A stretch of DNA of 64,000 nucleotides from assembly GCA_963765495.1 (NCBI GenBank), contig CAVXWP010000008.1:32001-96000 (forward strand), read 5' to 3'. The notes below the pieces were generated by a model that saw only the letters and a program-made list of their open reading frames with translations, ran no database searches and was not told the DNA's origin. Of this stretch, positions 47,126 through 55,878 are shown in pieces (within the stretch, counting starts at the first letter, position 1; every line of letters begins with the position of its first letter). This DNA is from Blastocatellia bacterium. Lineage in GTDB: Bacteria > Acidobacteriota > Blastocatellia > UBA7656. The position numbers were made by a program, and so were the translations under genes.

Positions 47126-48888
47126 CCTTCTACTTTCAAAGCCTCGGCTTCAATCGATTCATTCACGGCCCCGCCCGCTTCGCTCCCCGCTCCCGCCCGA
47201 TCTGATCGGGCGTCTGAGGCGTGGATATGTGAATCTGCATTTTGAGGCAAACTTATTCGAAAGCATGTTCCTTCGCCCGGTTTGCTTTCGACATCTATGC
47301 TCCCGCCGTGCTCAAGTATAATCTGTTTTACGATCGTCAGCCCAAGCCCCGTGCCTGCCCTCTGCTTTGTAGTAAACAACGGATCAAAGATCAAGTCTAT
47401 CTCGTCGGCGGCGATCCCCTCGCCGTTATCGGCCATCTCTATGAAGACGCTTTGCGGGCCGGAGGCGGTCGAAACCCTCAACCTTCCGCCGCCGGGCATG
47501 GCATCCAGACCGTTGTTTATCAGATTGATTATTACCTGTTGCAACTGATCCGGGTCGGCTTTGATCGGCAGGATTGTGTCGGACATCTCAGTTTGAAGCT
47601 CTACATTGCGGGCGGCAAGCGTAGGCTGCGCGGCATCGAGTATGCGAGCAAGCAGCGAGTTGATGTCCAGTTCCTCGAGTCTGAGCACGGGCCGTCTCGT
47701 GGAATCGAGCATGGTCCTTACAATGTTTGTAATACGCTCTATCTGTCCGGCGATTATGTCCAGCCGTTTTATTACACGCTCCTGCGAAGCGCGAGCGCGC
47801 AGCAATTGAACGTGGCCCGAAATGAGGTTGAGAGGCGTTCCCACTTCGTGGGCGAACTGCGCGGCCAGTTGCCCGGCGGCGGCCAGTCGTTCGAGCTGGG
47901 TCAGATGGCGTTGCAACTCGAACAAACGAAGGTTTGCGACTTCGAGTTGTTCTTTGCGTTCCGCGATTTCTGCGGTAGCGTCCTGAACGCGGTCTTCCAG
48001 CCGGCGGTGTTCCTGGTTGAGTTGTTCGGTCATCTGACGAATGCGGCCCAGCATTCTATTGAACCGCGCGGTGAGCAATCCTATTTCGTCGGGCGCGAGC
48101 GGGTCTACTTCAACCGTCAGGTCTCCTTCCTCGGCCTTCGACATCGCAAGTAACAGACCGCCGATTGGCTCATAGACGATGTGTCTGAACAGAAAGTATG
48201 TGATCAAAGTAATCGTGATAATGCCCAGAAGCATAACGGGCCAGATCAGGCTGCGGAGCCTCGCCGCATAGCTTGTGGTCTGATCAAAGGCGAGCAGGGC
48301 AGACACGGCCCCGATCTGTTTCGGTTCCTTATCGTCGAGGGCTGCAATCACCGGCCACGTTGCCAGCATATATCGGATATGATCGCGCTCGGGGAGCGTT
48401 GTAATGGAAGCCTTTTCAAGCGCGGGCCGAAGGGTTGGTTCACTCAGACCATAGGGGGTCACTGCATCGCCGACCAGAGTTATCTTTTCATCCCATTTAT
48501 CCGGTCCTGATTTGTAGAATACGCGAGCCACGGCAAGTTGCTGATTGGTTTTGATTATTGTCTCGTAAATCTCGTCCTGGACCTCGGTCCAGTCGGGCAC
48601 AGTACTTGTGACGGGCGGCGTGGACGGGCTCATCTTGTTGCCGCCGTGCTGATTGGAGTGGCGCTCGCGGCGGGTCTCGCGTCTGATGTGATGCTCAACC
48701 GTGTTGGCCACACGAGTGGCCACGAGTTGAGCCGCCTGTTGTTCCTCCTGATTGCTTAAACTTGTGAGCGCAAGATCCGAGAAATAGACTATGACTGCGA
48801 ATATGGCTACCAGCACCGCAGAGACCAGAATCGTAGTCTTTGTGTGTAGCTTGAGCGGGGTCAGCCTCAAAGAAGGAATAAATCGCAT
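47122..48888 (-). CDS. HAMP sensor histidine kinase
   Basis: 2 TM, periplasmic domain, HAMP, AHEVGTPL, GTGLGL; overlaps the RR start by 4 nt. Confidence 0.93.
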   Translation of the reverse strand: MRFIPSLRLTPLKLHTKTTILVSAVLVAIFAVIVYFSDLALTSLSNQEEQQAAQLVATRVANTVEHHIRRETRRERHSNQHGGNKMSPSTPPVTSTVPDWTEVQDEIYETIIKTNQQLAVARVFYKSGPDKWDEKITLVGDAVTPYGLSEPTLRPALEKASITTLPERDHIRYMLATWPVIAALDDKEPKQIGAVSALLAFDQTTSYAARLRSLIWPVMLLGIITITLITYFLFRHIVYEPIGGLLLAMSKAEEGDLTVEVDPLAPDEIGLLTARFNRMLGRIRQMTEQLNQEHRRLEDRVQDATAEIAERKEQLEVANLRLFELQRHLTQLERLAAAGQLAAQFAHEVGTPLNLISGHVQLLRARASQERVIKRLDIIAGQIERITNIVRTMLDSTRRPVLRLEELDINSLLARILDAAQPTLAARNVELQTEMSDTILPIKADPDQLQQVIINLINNGLDAMPGGGRLRVSTASGPQSVFIEMADNGEGIAADEIDLIFDPLFTTKQRAGTGLGLTIVKQIILEHGGSIDVESKPGEGTCFRISLPQNADSHIHASDARSDRAGAGSEAGGAVNESIEAEALKVEG

Positions 48889-48986
48889 GGATGAACCTGC
48901 AAAAGACAGAACGGGAGTTTTATCAAGTACGCTTGTCTGAACTCAGTATTTTGCATCAGTCTCAACCGCCAGCGCCATAGACTATC

Positions 48987-49067
48987 TGAGATTTGAGATG
49001 ATCGGGCGTGAAAGAGATTAGTTATCCGACAGGGCAGAGCATTGCCTGAGATTTCAAATCTCAAATC
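48987..49067. repeat. Family C inverted-arm element
   Basis: TGAGATTTGAGAT ... ATTTCAAATCTCAAATC, 3 nt from the DUF4956 stop. Confidence 0.6.
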
Positions 49068-49070
49068 GGC

Positions 49071-50213
49071 TCACTTGTAGATATAGGCGGTGCTCTTCTT
49101 TTGATTCCATTGGATGGAGTCAATATTATGCGGGTCGCTCGACATTATCTCATCGCTCAACTCGTCCGTACTGAGCAACGGGCTTACGCTCACGCGATAA
49201 CGAATGGTGCCCCATTCGTCCTGCTCGTCAGGGTGATCGACCTTTCTAAGCTCGGCCTGGATTTCGTGTTTCTCGAAGAGTTCTTTCAGGCAGTCATCGG
49301 TCATCTCAATATCGCGCGTCTTTACGGTCAACTCCATTGCGCGGAGAATCTGCTCGGGTTCGTAGTATTCGAGCACCCACAACATCAACATCACAAACAG
49401 TGCAAGTATTACGGCTATGGTCCAGAAACCGACTCCCGTGGCCAGTCCTATGCCGAGGCTAATCAGAAGCACAGTGATCTCTTTGGGGTCGCGGACGGTC
49501 GTGCGGAATCGCACAAGTGATGCGGCAGCGAATATGCCGAAGGCGCGAGCCGCGTTGTCCGACACGATCATCATCAGCGCCGAAGCCACTACGGCCAGCA
49601 GTATCTGAGTCTGCGCCACGTAAGGGTTTCGCTGCGGAACCGGCAAGTCTTTGCGCGGGCGATAAGCAAGCAAGGCGGCAAGCAAGGCGGCAAGCGCGAG
49701 CCTCAACAATATTCTTGCCGACATCTTTAACAGCCCCTCGGCCTGCGGCTGCCCCGGTATTGCTCTGTCCTCACCAAATATGCGCCCGACGATGGAGTCG
49801 TCTGCTGCGGGTTTTTGCTGGCCCTGAGTAGTATCCTGAGTAGTACCCTGAGTAGTACCCTGAGTCGTGCCCTGAGATGGACCTTGAGTCGTGCCCTGAG
49901 TGGGAACCTGGGGGGAAGTGGTCTGTTGCGGCTCGGTCGCCTGCGTCTGTTGTGCGGGGTGATTCGAGGTGCCAAACATCAGAAATACGACCAGCACCAG
50001 AATCAATAACCCGCCGACTATCGCCCCGATCAGGACTACAGGCTGGTTCATCAGCGCCATGACACGATTTCGCGGTTGTTTGTTTCCGCGAGCGTCGGCG
50101 TGGCGTATCGCTTCCTGAGCGCTTGTGCGCACGGCTTCCCATCGGTCTTGCCGGTCGCCCGGCGAAAGCTCTTCATAATTATTGTCGTCGTGATTGCGAT
50201 TTGACTTACTCAT
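49071..50213 (-). CDS. DUF4956/MgtC-like membrane protein with low-complexity linker
   Basis: ARAFGIFAAASLVRFRT.V.DPK, GLATGVG; C-terminal ACT-like region. Confidence 0.8.
   Translation of the reverse strand: MSKSNRNHDDNNYEELSPGDRQDRWEAVRTSAQEAIRHADARGNKQPRNRVMALMNQPVVLIGAIVGGLLILVLVVFLMFGTSNHPAQQTQATEPQQTTSPQVPTQGTTQGPSQGTTQGTTQGTTQDTTQGQQKPAADDSIVGRIFGEDRAIPGQPQAEGLLKMSARILLRLALAALLAALLAYRPRKDLPVPQRNPYVAQTQILLAVVASALMMIVSDNAARAFGIFAAASLVRFRTTVRDPKEITVLLISLGIGLATGVGFWTIAVILALFVMLMLWVLEYYEPEQILRAMELTVKTRDIEMTDDCLKELFEKHEIQAELRKVDHPDEQDEWGTIRYRVSVSPLLSTDELSDEIMSSDPHNIDSIQWNQKKSTAYIYK
49822..49901 (-). repeat. In-frame 12-bp tandem repeat (TQGT)n
   Basis: About 7 units of ACTCAGGGYACK encoding TQGTTQGPSQGTTQGTTQGTTQDTTQG. 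Confidence 0.8.
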
Positions 50214-50258
50214 CTCTTTTCCTGTGCTCTTTTAGGATAAACAGCGATAAGAACTAAA

Positions 50259-50274
50259 AGCAAACACTATACCT
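50259..50274 (-). promoter_or_regulatory. Possible sigma54 promoter of the DUF4956 gene
   Basis: AGGTAT-AGTGT-TTGCT (GG-N10-GC); IHF-like AATCAAGAGATTT at 50326-50338. Confidence 0.4.
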
Positions 50275-50496
50275 TCCAAACTCAGTAACTGAGCCCTTCC
50301 GATACAGGTTCGGTTAAATGCCTGAAATCAAGAGATTTACGAAAAGAGAATCCGAACCTGCGTCTGAAAGACCTGAAAGTCGGAATCAAGCGGGCGAATG
50401 TATTTAATACTCACGCGGGTAGAGACAGACCGCAAATCAATAGAAAGGTGTAGTGAAACGATGCCTGCCGAGTTTGCTTTTCAGGCTCTTTCACCG

Positions 50497-51615
50497 CTAG
50501 CCTTGAGCCGATAGCTCCATTACGCCTTCCATCGTCTCCTGTATAAGCTGGTCTACCACGGCGTTGAAATCTTTCGTCCGCTCGTAGGTGGCAAGCTGGC
50601 GGTCGGCGCTCGTCCCCGTCTCAAGTATCGTATGGACGTATTCGAGTTCTTTTCGGCTGCCAAGCTCATCGACCACATCGTCTACGAAATCGAGCAACTC
50701 GTGGATCAAATCGCGCGCGGGCACCTCTTTCTTCTTGCCAAAGTCTATGAGCTTGCCGTCGAGCCCCCACCTGACGGCGCGCCACTTGTTCTCCTGTATG
50801 AGTGCGCGACGATATAGCCGGAAACCCATGTTCTTACGATAGAGCTTGTAGAGTTTGGCCGTGATGGCTTGAAACAGCGCGGCTATGGCAATGACTTCGT
50901 CAACGCGAGAAGGTAGATCGCAGATGCGGTATTCGAGGGTAGGGAATTGAGGATGCGGTCGCACATCCCACCAAATCTTCTTGGGCCGGTCGATGCAGCC
51001 GGTCTTGAGCAGCAGATCGACATAGCTTTCGTATTCGGAGTATGAACTGAAGTAGTCGGGAATATCTGTGCGCGGGAATTTCTTGAACAACTCCGAGCGA
51101 TAGCTCTTCAGCCCCGTATTGGTTCCCATCCAGAAGGGTGAACTTGTCGAGAGCGCCAATACGTGCGGCAAGAAATAGCGCGCGGCATTCATCAGGTGTA
51201 TCTGCGCTTCGCGGTCGTCTATGCCTACGTGAACGTGCATGCCGAATATCAAAAGCGACTGCGCAAGTACCTTCATTTCGCTCAGGAGTTTTTCGTAGTG
51301 CTCGCCTTCGGTGATCAGTTGTTGCTTCCAATCTGAGAAAGGATGAGTCGAGGCGGCGGCGACGCGCAGGCCCTTACTCCCGGCCAGCGTGGCTATGGTC
51401 CGGCGGAGTTTTACCAGATCGGCGCGAGCCTCCTGTACGTTGTTGCATATGCCTGTGCCGATCTCGATCATTGACTGATGCATCTCGGGCTTGACCTGCT
51501 CTCCGAGGATCATCCGTCCTTCTTCGATCATCTCGACTATGTGCGAGCGCAACTCTCGCGTTTGAGGGTCTATGATCTGAAATTCCTCTTCGATCCCCAG
51601 TGTGAAATCAGCCAT
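50497..51615 (-). CDS. ybdK: Carboxylate-amine ligase (YbdK/GCS2)
   Basis: TLGIEEE, THPF, GMHVHVG, SSPFW, WWDVRP, TLEYRICD, ENKWRA; AGGAG RBS. Confidence 0.9.
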   Translation of the reverse strand: MADFTLGIEEEFQIIDPQTRELRSHIVEMIEEGRMILGEQVKPEMHQSMIEIGTGICNNVQEARADLVKLRRTIATLAGSKGLRVAAASTHPFSDWKQQLITEGEHYEKLLSEMKVLAQSLLIFGMHVHVGIDDREAQIHLMNAARYFLPHVLALSTSSPFWMGTNTGLKSYRSELFKKFPRTDIPDYFSSYSEYESYVDLLLKTGCIDRPKKIWWDVRPHPQFPTLEYRICDLPSRVDEVIAIAALFQAITAKLYKLYRKNMGFRLYRRALIQENKWRAVRWGLDGKLIDFGKKKEVPARDLIHELLDFVDDVVDELGSRKELEYVHTILETGTSADRQLATYERTKDFNAVVDQLIQETMEGVMELSAQG

Positions 51616-51745
51616 CTTGAACTCCTTTCTCAGAACCATTCACCAGGGCAGCAACAGCGGGAACCGTCTGCGGGTCACGCACTGTTGATAACATTGTGTT
51701 GGTGCTTGATGTGATTTATGTGCTTTTAAGCGATAAAAGTCAATC

Positions 51746-53089
51746 TCACTCGATGATCATAGTTGGAACCATTCCTGCGCCCGAAGTTACATTTGCAAGA
51801 GAAGATGAAGAGAGGCGGGTAAACCCGCCCGCGACGCGACCAAAAAATAACAGAGGGTCGATGTCGAGCAACTGCTCGATCATTTCTACGCCGCCGTCGG
51901 TTTGATTCACGTAGGGGAAGACCTCGCGAGAGGTGGTCACGCGTTCCTGAATTAGATAATCTTTGCCGATAGACTTTTCTATCGAATCGTCCCACACGCG
52001 CTCATCCGACTCCCATCCTATGTAAATTCCGTGCCCTCCGTAATCATCGTTAGGTTTTAGAACGAGGCGGTCGCGATTTCGGCGTACATAATCGAGCAGG
52101 TCAACCTCCTGCCCCTGAAAGGTGGTCTTTTCATCATTGAGCTTGCGCGTCCACGGCACGTGAAGGCGGACGGCCTCGCGCTCGCGGTCGGTGAAATAAT
52201 GTTGATGGCGCTCGTCCGTCAGGACTCCGAAAAGCATCTTCTTATGAACATACTTTGTGCGAAAGGAATTGACAAAGACGGCCAGACGCGATTTGTAAGC
52301 CTCGATAAAGGGCTGGCATTCGTCCGCTTTTTCCAGCAACTCGGTTGTGAGCACCCGGCGATAGACCAGGTCTATGGGGAAGTCTCCGTGATAGAGTTTC
52401 CCGTCGCGCAATTCAAGATCGCGCGGGTCGGCAATCGTGGCTGCGTAGCCTTCGCTCTCGAAAAATTCCTTGAATAGCTCGAATTCCCGCTGCGTGGGCA
52501 AGCCCCTGTAATCGACTATCCCTATGTTTGGCCTCTCGCCTTTGCCCCGCACTCGACCGTAAATAGAGAGCATCGCGTCAAGCAAATTATTGCGGCAATA
52601 CATAGGCGTGACGGTGTGCGAGCGGGCGAACCGTCGCATGACGGGAAGCTCCAGAAAAATCCGCGCCGCCACATCCTGATAGGCAATTCCGGCCGGGCAT
52701 TCGGCGTTTAGTTCTACAAACTGGTACTTCTCGTCTGTGAGAAACGAATCGAGCCGGGAAGTGACCGACACATTATCATAGCCGGGATCAACGGCCACGA
52801 GTTCGCGTTCGGCTTCGGTCAAAGAGAGTTGTTCGAGCATTAATGAATCAGAAGGCGCGATCTGTCCGACTTTCTCTATGGCGCTCCAGATGCTTTCGCA
52901 AGCCTCTGTGATGCGTTGCCATTGCCCTCGGGTGACGAAATGCGGGCGCAGATAAGGTGAAAGCGCCCGCCCCCCGAAGATTAGCCCCACATCCTGAAAT
53001 CGTTCGGTCAGAAAAGCGCGCGATTCATCGAGTAACGTGGCGTCCTCTTCCAGCAGCGCGTTGTAGTCGCTTACAGCCTGATTGGCCAT
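51746..53089 (-). CDS. Circularly permuted ATP-grasp (glutathionylspermidine synthase-like) ligase
   Basis: SRLDSF, ELNAECPAG, DLVYRR, LVLKPNDDYGGHG, QE, NVTSGAG. Confidence 0.82.
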   Translation of the reverse strand: MANQAVSDYNALLEEDATLLDESRAFLTERFQDVGLIFGGRALSPYLRPHFVTRGQWQRITEACESIWSAIEKVGQIAPSDSLMLEQLSLTEAERELVAVDPGYDNVSVTSRLDSFLTDEKYQFVELNAECPAGIAYQDVAARIFLELPVMRRFARSHTVTPMYCRNNLLDAMLSIYGRVRGKGERPNIGIVDYRGLPTQREFELFKEFFESEGYAATIADPRDLELRDGKLYHGDFPIDLVYRRVLTTELLEKADECQPFIEAYKSRLAVFVNSFRTKYVHKKMLFGVLTDERHQHYFTDREREAVRLHVPWTRKLNDEKTTFQGQEVDLLDYVRRNRDRLVLKPNDDYGGHGIYIGWESDERVWDDSIEKSIGKDYLIQERVTTSREVFPYVNQTDGGVEMIEQLLDIDPLLFFGRVAGGFTRLSSSSLANVTSGAGMVPTMIIE

Positions 53090-53129
53090 CTATCCCTCAC
53101 TTAGCCCCCATCCGGCCCTCATTCGGCCC

Positions 53130-54089
53130 TCATTCGGGTTGTGCGGATTGTTCTCTTTCCGAGTGCTTTATTTCGCTGTTTATCAACTCGTCCCATCTGT
53201 GAATCTTGCGAGTCTCTTCGCCGTACAGGGCCGTTCTGATCGCAAGGTCGGCCACCTTCTCGACCATCCATTTGAAATAGATCGAGCCTACCGACCACCA
53301 GTCGGCGTCGGGCGCGGGGTTCATGTAGTCAATCGCGTAGGGAACGCCGTCGGCTATAGCGAATTCTACCGTGTTGATGTCGTACCCGAGAGCTTCATTT
53401 ATCTGAATGGCCTCGCGGCGCACGCGCTCTTCCACTTCGGGCGAGAGATAATTATCCACGACCAGATAGCGTTGAAAGATCGGGTCATACGGTATGGGCC
53501 AGACATCTTTTTTGCCTATGGTGTAGCACCTGACGTAATGATCAAAAGGCACGCCCTGCTGCAAGACCATGCAATCGGTCCCGCTTTCGTCGTATTTTTC
53601 CAGCAACTCCTGTTTGGAATTTACCTTTGAGACACCGCGCCACCCGCCCCCGTCGTAGGGCTTGATAAATGCGGGCAGCCCCACGTGGTCAATTATGCCG
53701 TCCCAATCGAGCGGATAGGCCAGATTTCTGAGCGACTCGGCCACAACGCCCTCTTTATACTCTTTCTGGGGCAACAGAATGGTTTTCGGCACCGCAATGC
53801 CCAGATAGGTGGCAAGCGAGTAGTTGAAAAACTTGTCGTCGGCAGCCCACCAGAAAGGGTTATTGATGACCTTGACGCCGGATAAAACCGCACTCTTCAG
53901 ATAAGCCCTGTAAAATGGAACCTCGTGTGAAATGCGGTCAACGATGACCTCGTACGGGCATTTTTCGGCCATGCGCACGCCGCCCAGAGATATGTATTCA
54001 GCCGTCACGCCTGCCTGGCGTCTGTTTATTTCGTTTATCAGGGCCTGCGGAAAAGTGCCTTCGCGGCCTACGAGTATGCCGATCTTCAT
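53130..54089 (-). CDS. RimK/GshB-like ATP-grasp protein
   Basis: DRISH, INNPFWW..DDKF, KPYDGGGW, NTVEFA, IDYMNPAPD; GGAGG RBS. Confidence 0.85.
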   Translation of the reverse strand: MKIGILVGREGTFPQALINEINRRQAGVTAEYISLGGVRMAEKCPYEVIVDRISHEVPFYRAYLKSAVLSGVKVINNPFWWAADDKFFNYSLATYLGIAVPKTILLPQKEYKEGVVAESLRNLAYPLDWDGIIDHVGLPAFIKPYDGGGWRGVSKVNSKQELLEKYDESGTDCMVLQQGVPFDHYVRCYTIGKKDVWPIPYDPIFQRYLVVDNYLSPEVEERVRREAIQINEALGYDINTVEFAIADGVPYAIDYMNPAPDADWWSVGSIYFKWMVEKVADLAIRTALYGEETRKIHRWDELINSEIKHSEREQSAQPE

Positions 54090-54193
54090 TTCTGCCTCCA
54101 TTTTCTTGATGCCGAGCGCAAATTCTATAGCACCGCTCGGAGAGGTTGCAACCAATAACCATGTTGGGAGACGTCAGAAAGGATTTTAGCCAG

Positions 54194-54386
54194 GGCCATT
54201 CAGTTTTCCAGGATATAGGATAGGAAATAGAAATGGGCCGCGGATGACGCGGATCTGACTCTTTATGATCTAATCCGCGAAAATCCGCCGCATCCGCGCC
54301 CGTCCCGGTCTATTCCGACTTGCCTTTCGTTCAAATTTACTTTTGATATGCTTTGGCTCAAAACAGACAGGCAAAAAACTGAATGA
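54194..54386. mobile_element. Family A element
   Basis: GGCCATTCAGTTTT 54194-54207 / AAAACTGAATG 54375-54385; inner palindrome with a shortened left arm. Confidence 0.7.
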
Positions 54387-54529
54387 CTCCACGCATCATA
54401 TTCAGTCCGGCCCTTTCACATGCGAGTGAAAATTGCGGTATGCTACAATCTGTGTTCCAGTCGGTCGAGCCTCTCATCTCTCGGATTGGATCATTAGACT
54501 TGAGCGTTTTTTACGGAGGAAGATTCAAA

Positions 54530-55444
54530 TTGTTTAATTTCATTACCAAACAAGAAGGGCTGGTACCTGTCAGAGTAGTCTTGTCTGCGATACTTGTGAC
54601 GATGCTGACCCTGGTTTCATCCGGGTTTTCTGCCGTCGCGCAAGAGAAAAAAGATGCCCCCCCCGCAAGCAAACAGGATGCAAAGCCGGGTCAGGAACAG
54701 GTAGACGCAGCCAAGCTGACACCCGCCGAAGTTATAGCCGAATATGCCATCTTCGCTTATGGTGGCCGCAAGGCTTTGACCGAGGCCCGCTCAAGCATTC
54801 AGGAGGGAGGGACCATCAGACTCGCCACAGATCAGGGTGACATCACGGGCACTTATAATTTGCGCCAGATGAGGGGAGAGAAATCCTGGCAGGATTTGCT
54901 CCGGGTTGATCTAGATTTGACCCCGCCCGAGGAGGCGCGAAAGGCGGGCGCTCCGCCTTCGATCAAGTACATAGTGGCCTTCAACGGCGCGACTGTATGG
55001 TCGGCTCAAAACAACCAGTATCAGACGCCGAGGCCGGAAGTCGAGGCCGCCTTTCGCGCTCAACTGAGCCACGATTACACAACGCTGCTTCGTTATAAGG
55101 AAGACGGTTCGACGCTTGAAATGGTAGGCCCTGAAACGGTTGTCGGCGTAGAGACAAACGTAATTGATTTGACCACCACAACGGGCGAAAAGACTCGCTT
55201 CTGGATAAGCAAAAAGTTTTACAGGGTGGTTCACATCGAGTACGAAGTGAAATTATCGGATGACCAGCAGCCGGTCAAGTACCGCATCTCGTATTACTAC
55301 ACGCCGTACAAGATTGTCCAAAATACGCTGGTTCCGACCCGCAGAGTTACCCATCAGGATGGCAAGCTGGTTCAGGAAGTGCAGCTTGACAATATAAATT
55401 ATTCTGCCAAATTCGAACCCGATATCTTTCAGCATCTTCCTTAA
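54530..55444 (+). CDS. Exported protein, LolA-like fold suspected
   Basis: GGAGGA RBS before TTG 54530; extended -10 TGCTACAAT at 54441; signal peptide; YGG..AL, FWIS, IN...F..DIF pattern. Confidence 0.65.
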   Translation: MFNFITKQEGLVPVRVVLSAILVTMLTLVSSGFSAVAQEKKDAPPASKQDAKPGQEQVDAAKLTPAEVIAEYAIFAYGGRKALTEARSSIQEGGTIRLATDQGDITGTYNLRQMRGEKSWQDLLRVDLDLTPPEEARKAGAPPSIKYIVAFNGATVWSAQNNQYQTPRPEVEAAFRAQLSHDYTTLLRYKEDGSTLEMVGPETVVGVETNVIDLTTTTGEKTRFWISKKFYRVVHIEYEVKLSDDQQPVKYRISYYYTPYKIVQNTLVPTRRVTHQDGKLVQEVQLDNINYSAKFEPDIFQHLP

Positions 55445-55445
55445 C

Positions 55446-55526
55446 TGATGCGTGATGCGTGACTCTCAGGGAGCTTGCCTGTTATAGCCACTTCGCAAGT
55501 CTTGTAAATCACGTATCACTCATCAC
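55446..55526. mobile_element. Family B element between convergent genes
   Basis: TGATGCGTGATGCGTGA / ATCACGTATCACTCATCAC; core TTGCCTGT...AGTCTTGTAAATCACG. Confidence 0.7.
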
Positions 55527-55529
55527 TCT

Positions 55530-55865
55530 TCATTTCAGCCCCAGATATTCATCAATCGTCATACCTACACGCGAATGAAACCTGTCGGAAAGCGATTGAA
55601 TATCATCGACCGTCTCATCCAGATTTACGCGCTCGATACGCCACATAGGCAAAAACATATGGGTCAATCCTATGTTGCGCTCGCCCTTGACGATCATCTG
55701 CGCCCAATCATCAAAAGTGTTCAGATCAATCCCGCGCAGAAAGACTCCGGCAGCCGTCAATTCGAAAAGCACCCCCCAGAGCTTCTCGCGAGGGCTGTGA
55801 AGGTAAGCAATGACGGGCGCGCCCGCGACAATTCCCATGCCTGAAAAATCCATTCTCTCGGCCAT
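55530..55865 (-). CDS. Hypothetical protein, possibly Sm/Hfq-like fold
   Basis: GAGGT RBS; PVIAYL...KLWG...GVFL and MFLPMWRIERV. Confidence 0.7.
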   Translation of the reverse strand: MAERMDFSGMGIVAGAPVIAYLHSPREKLWGVLFELTAAGVFLRGIDLNTFDDWAQMIVKGERNIGLTHMFLPMWRIERVNLDETVDDIQSLSDRFHSRVGMTIDEYLGLK

Positions 55866-55878
55866 TAAATTACCTCAT

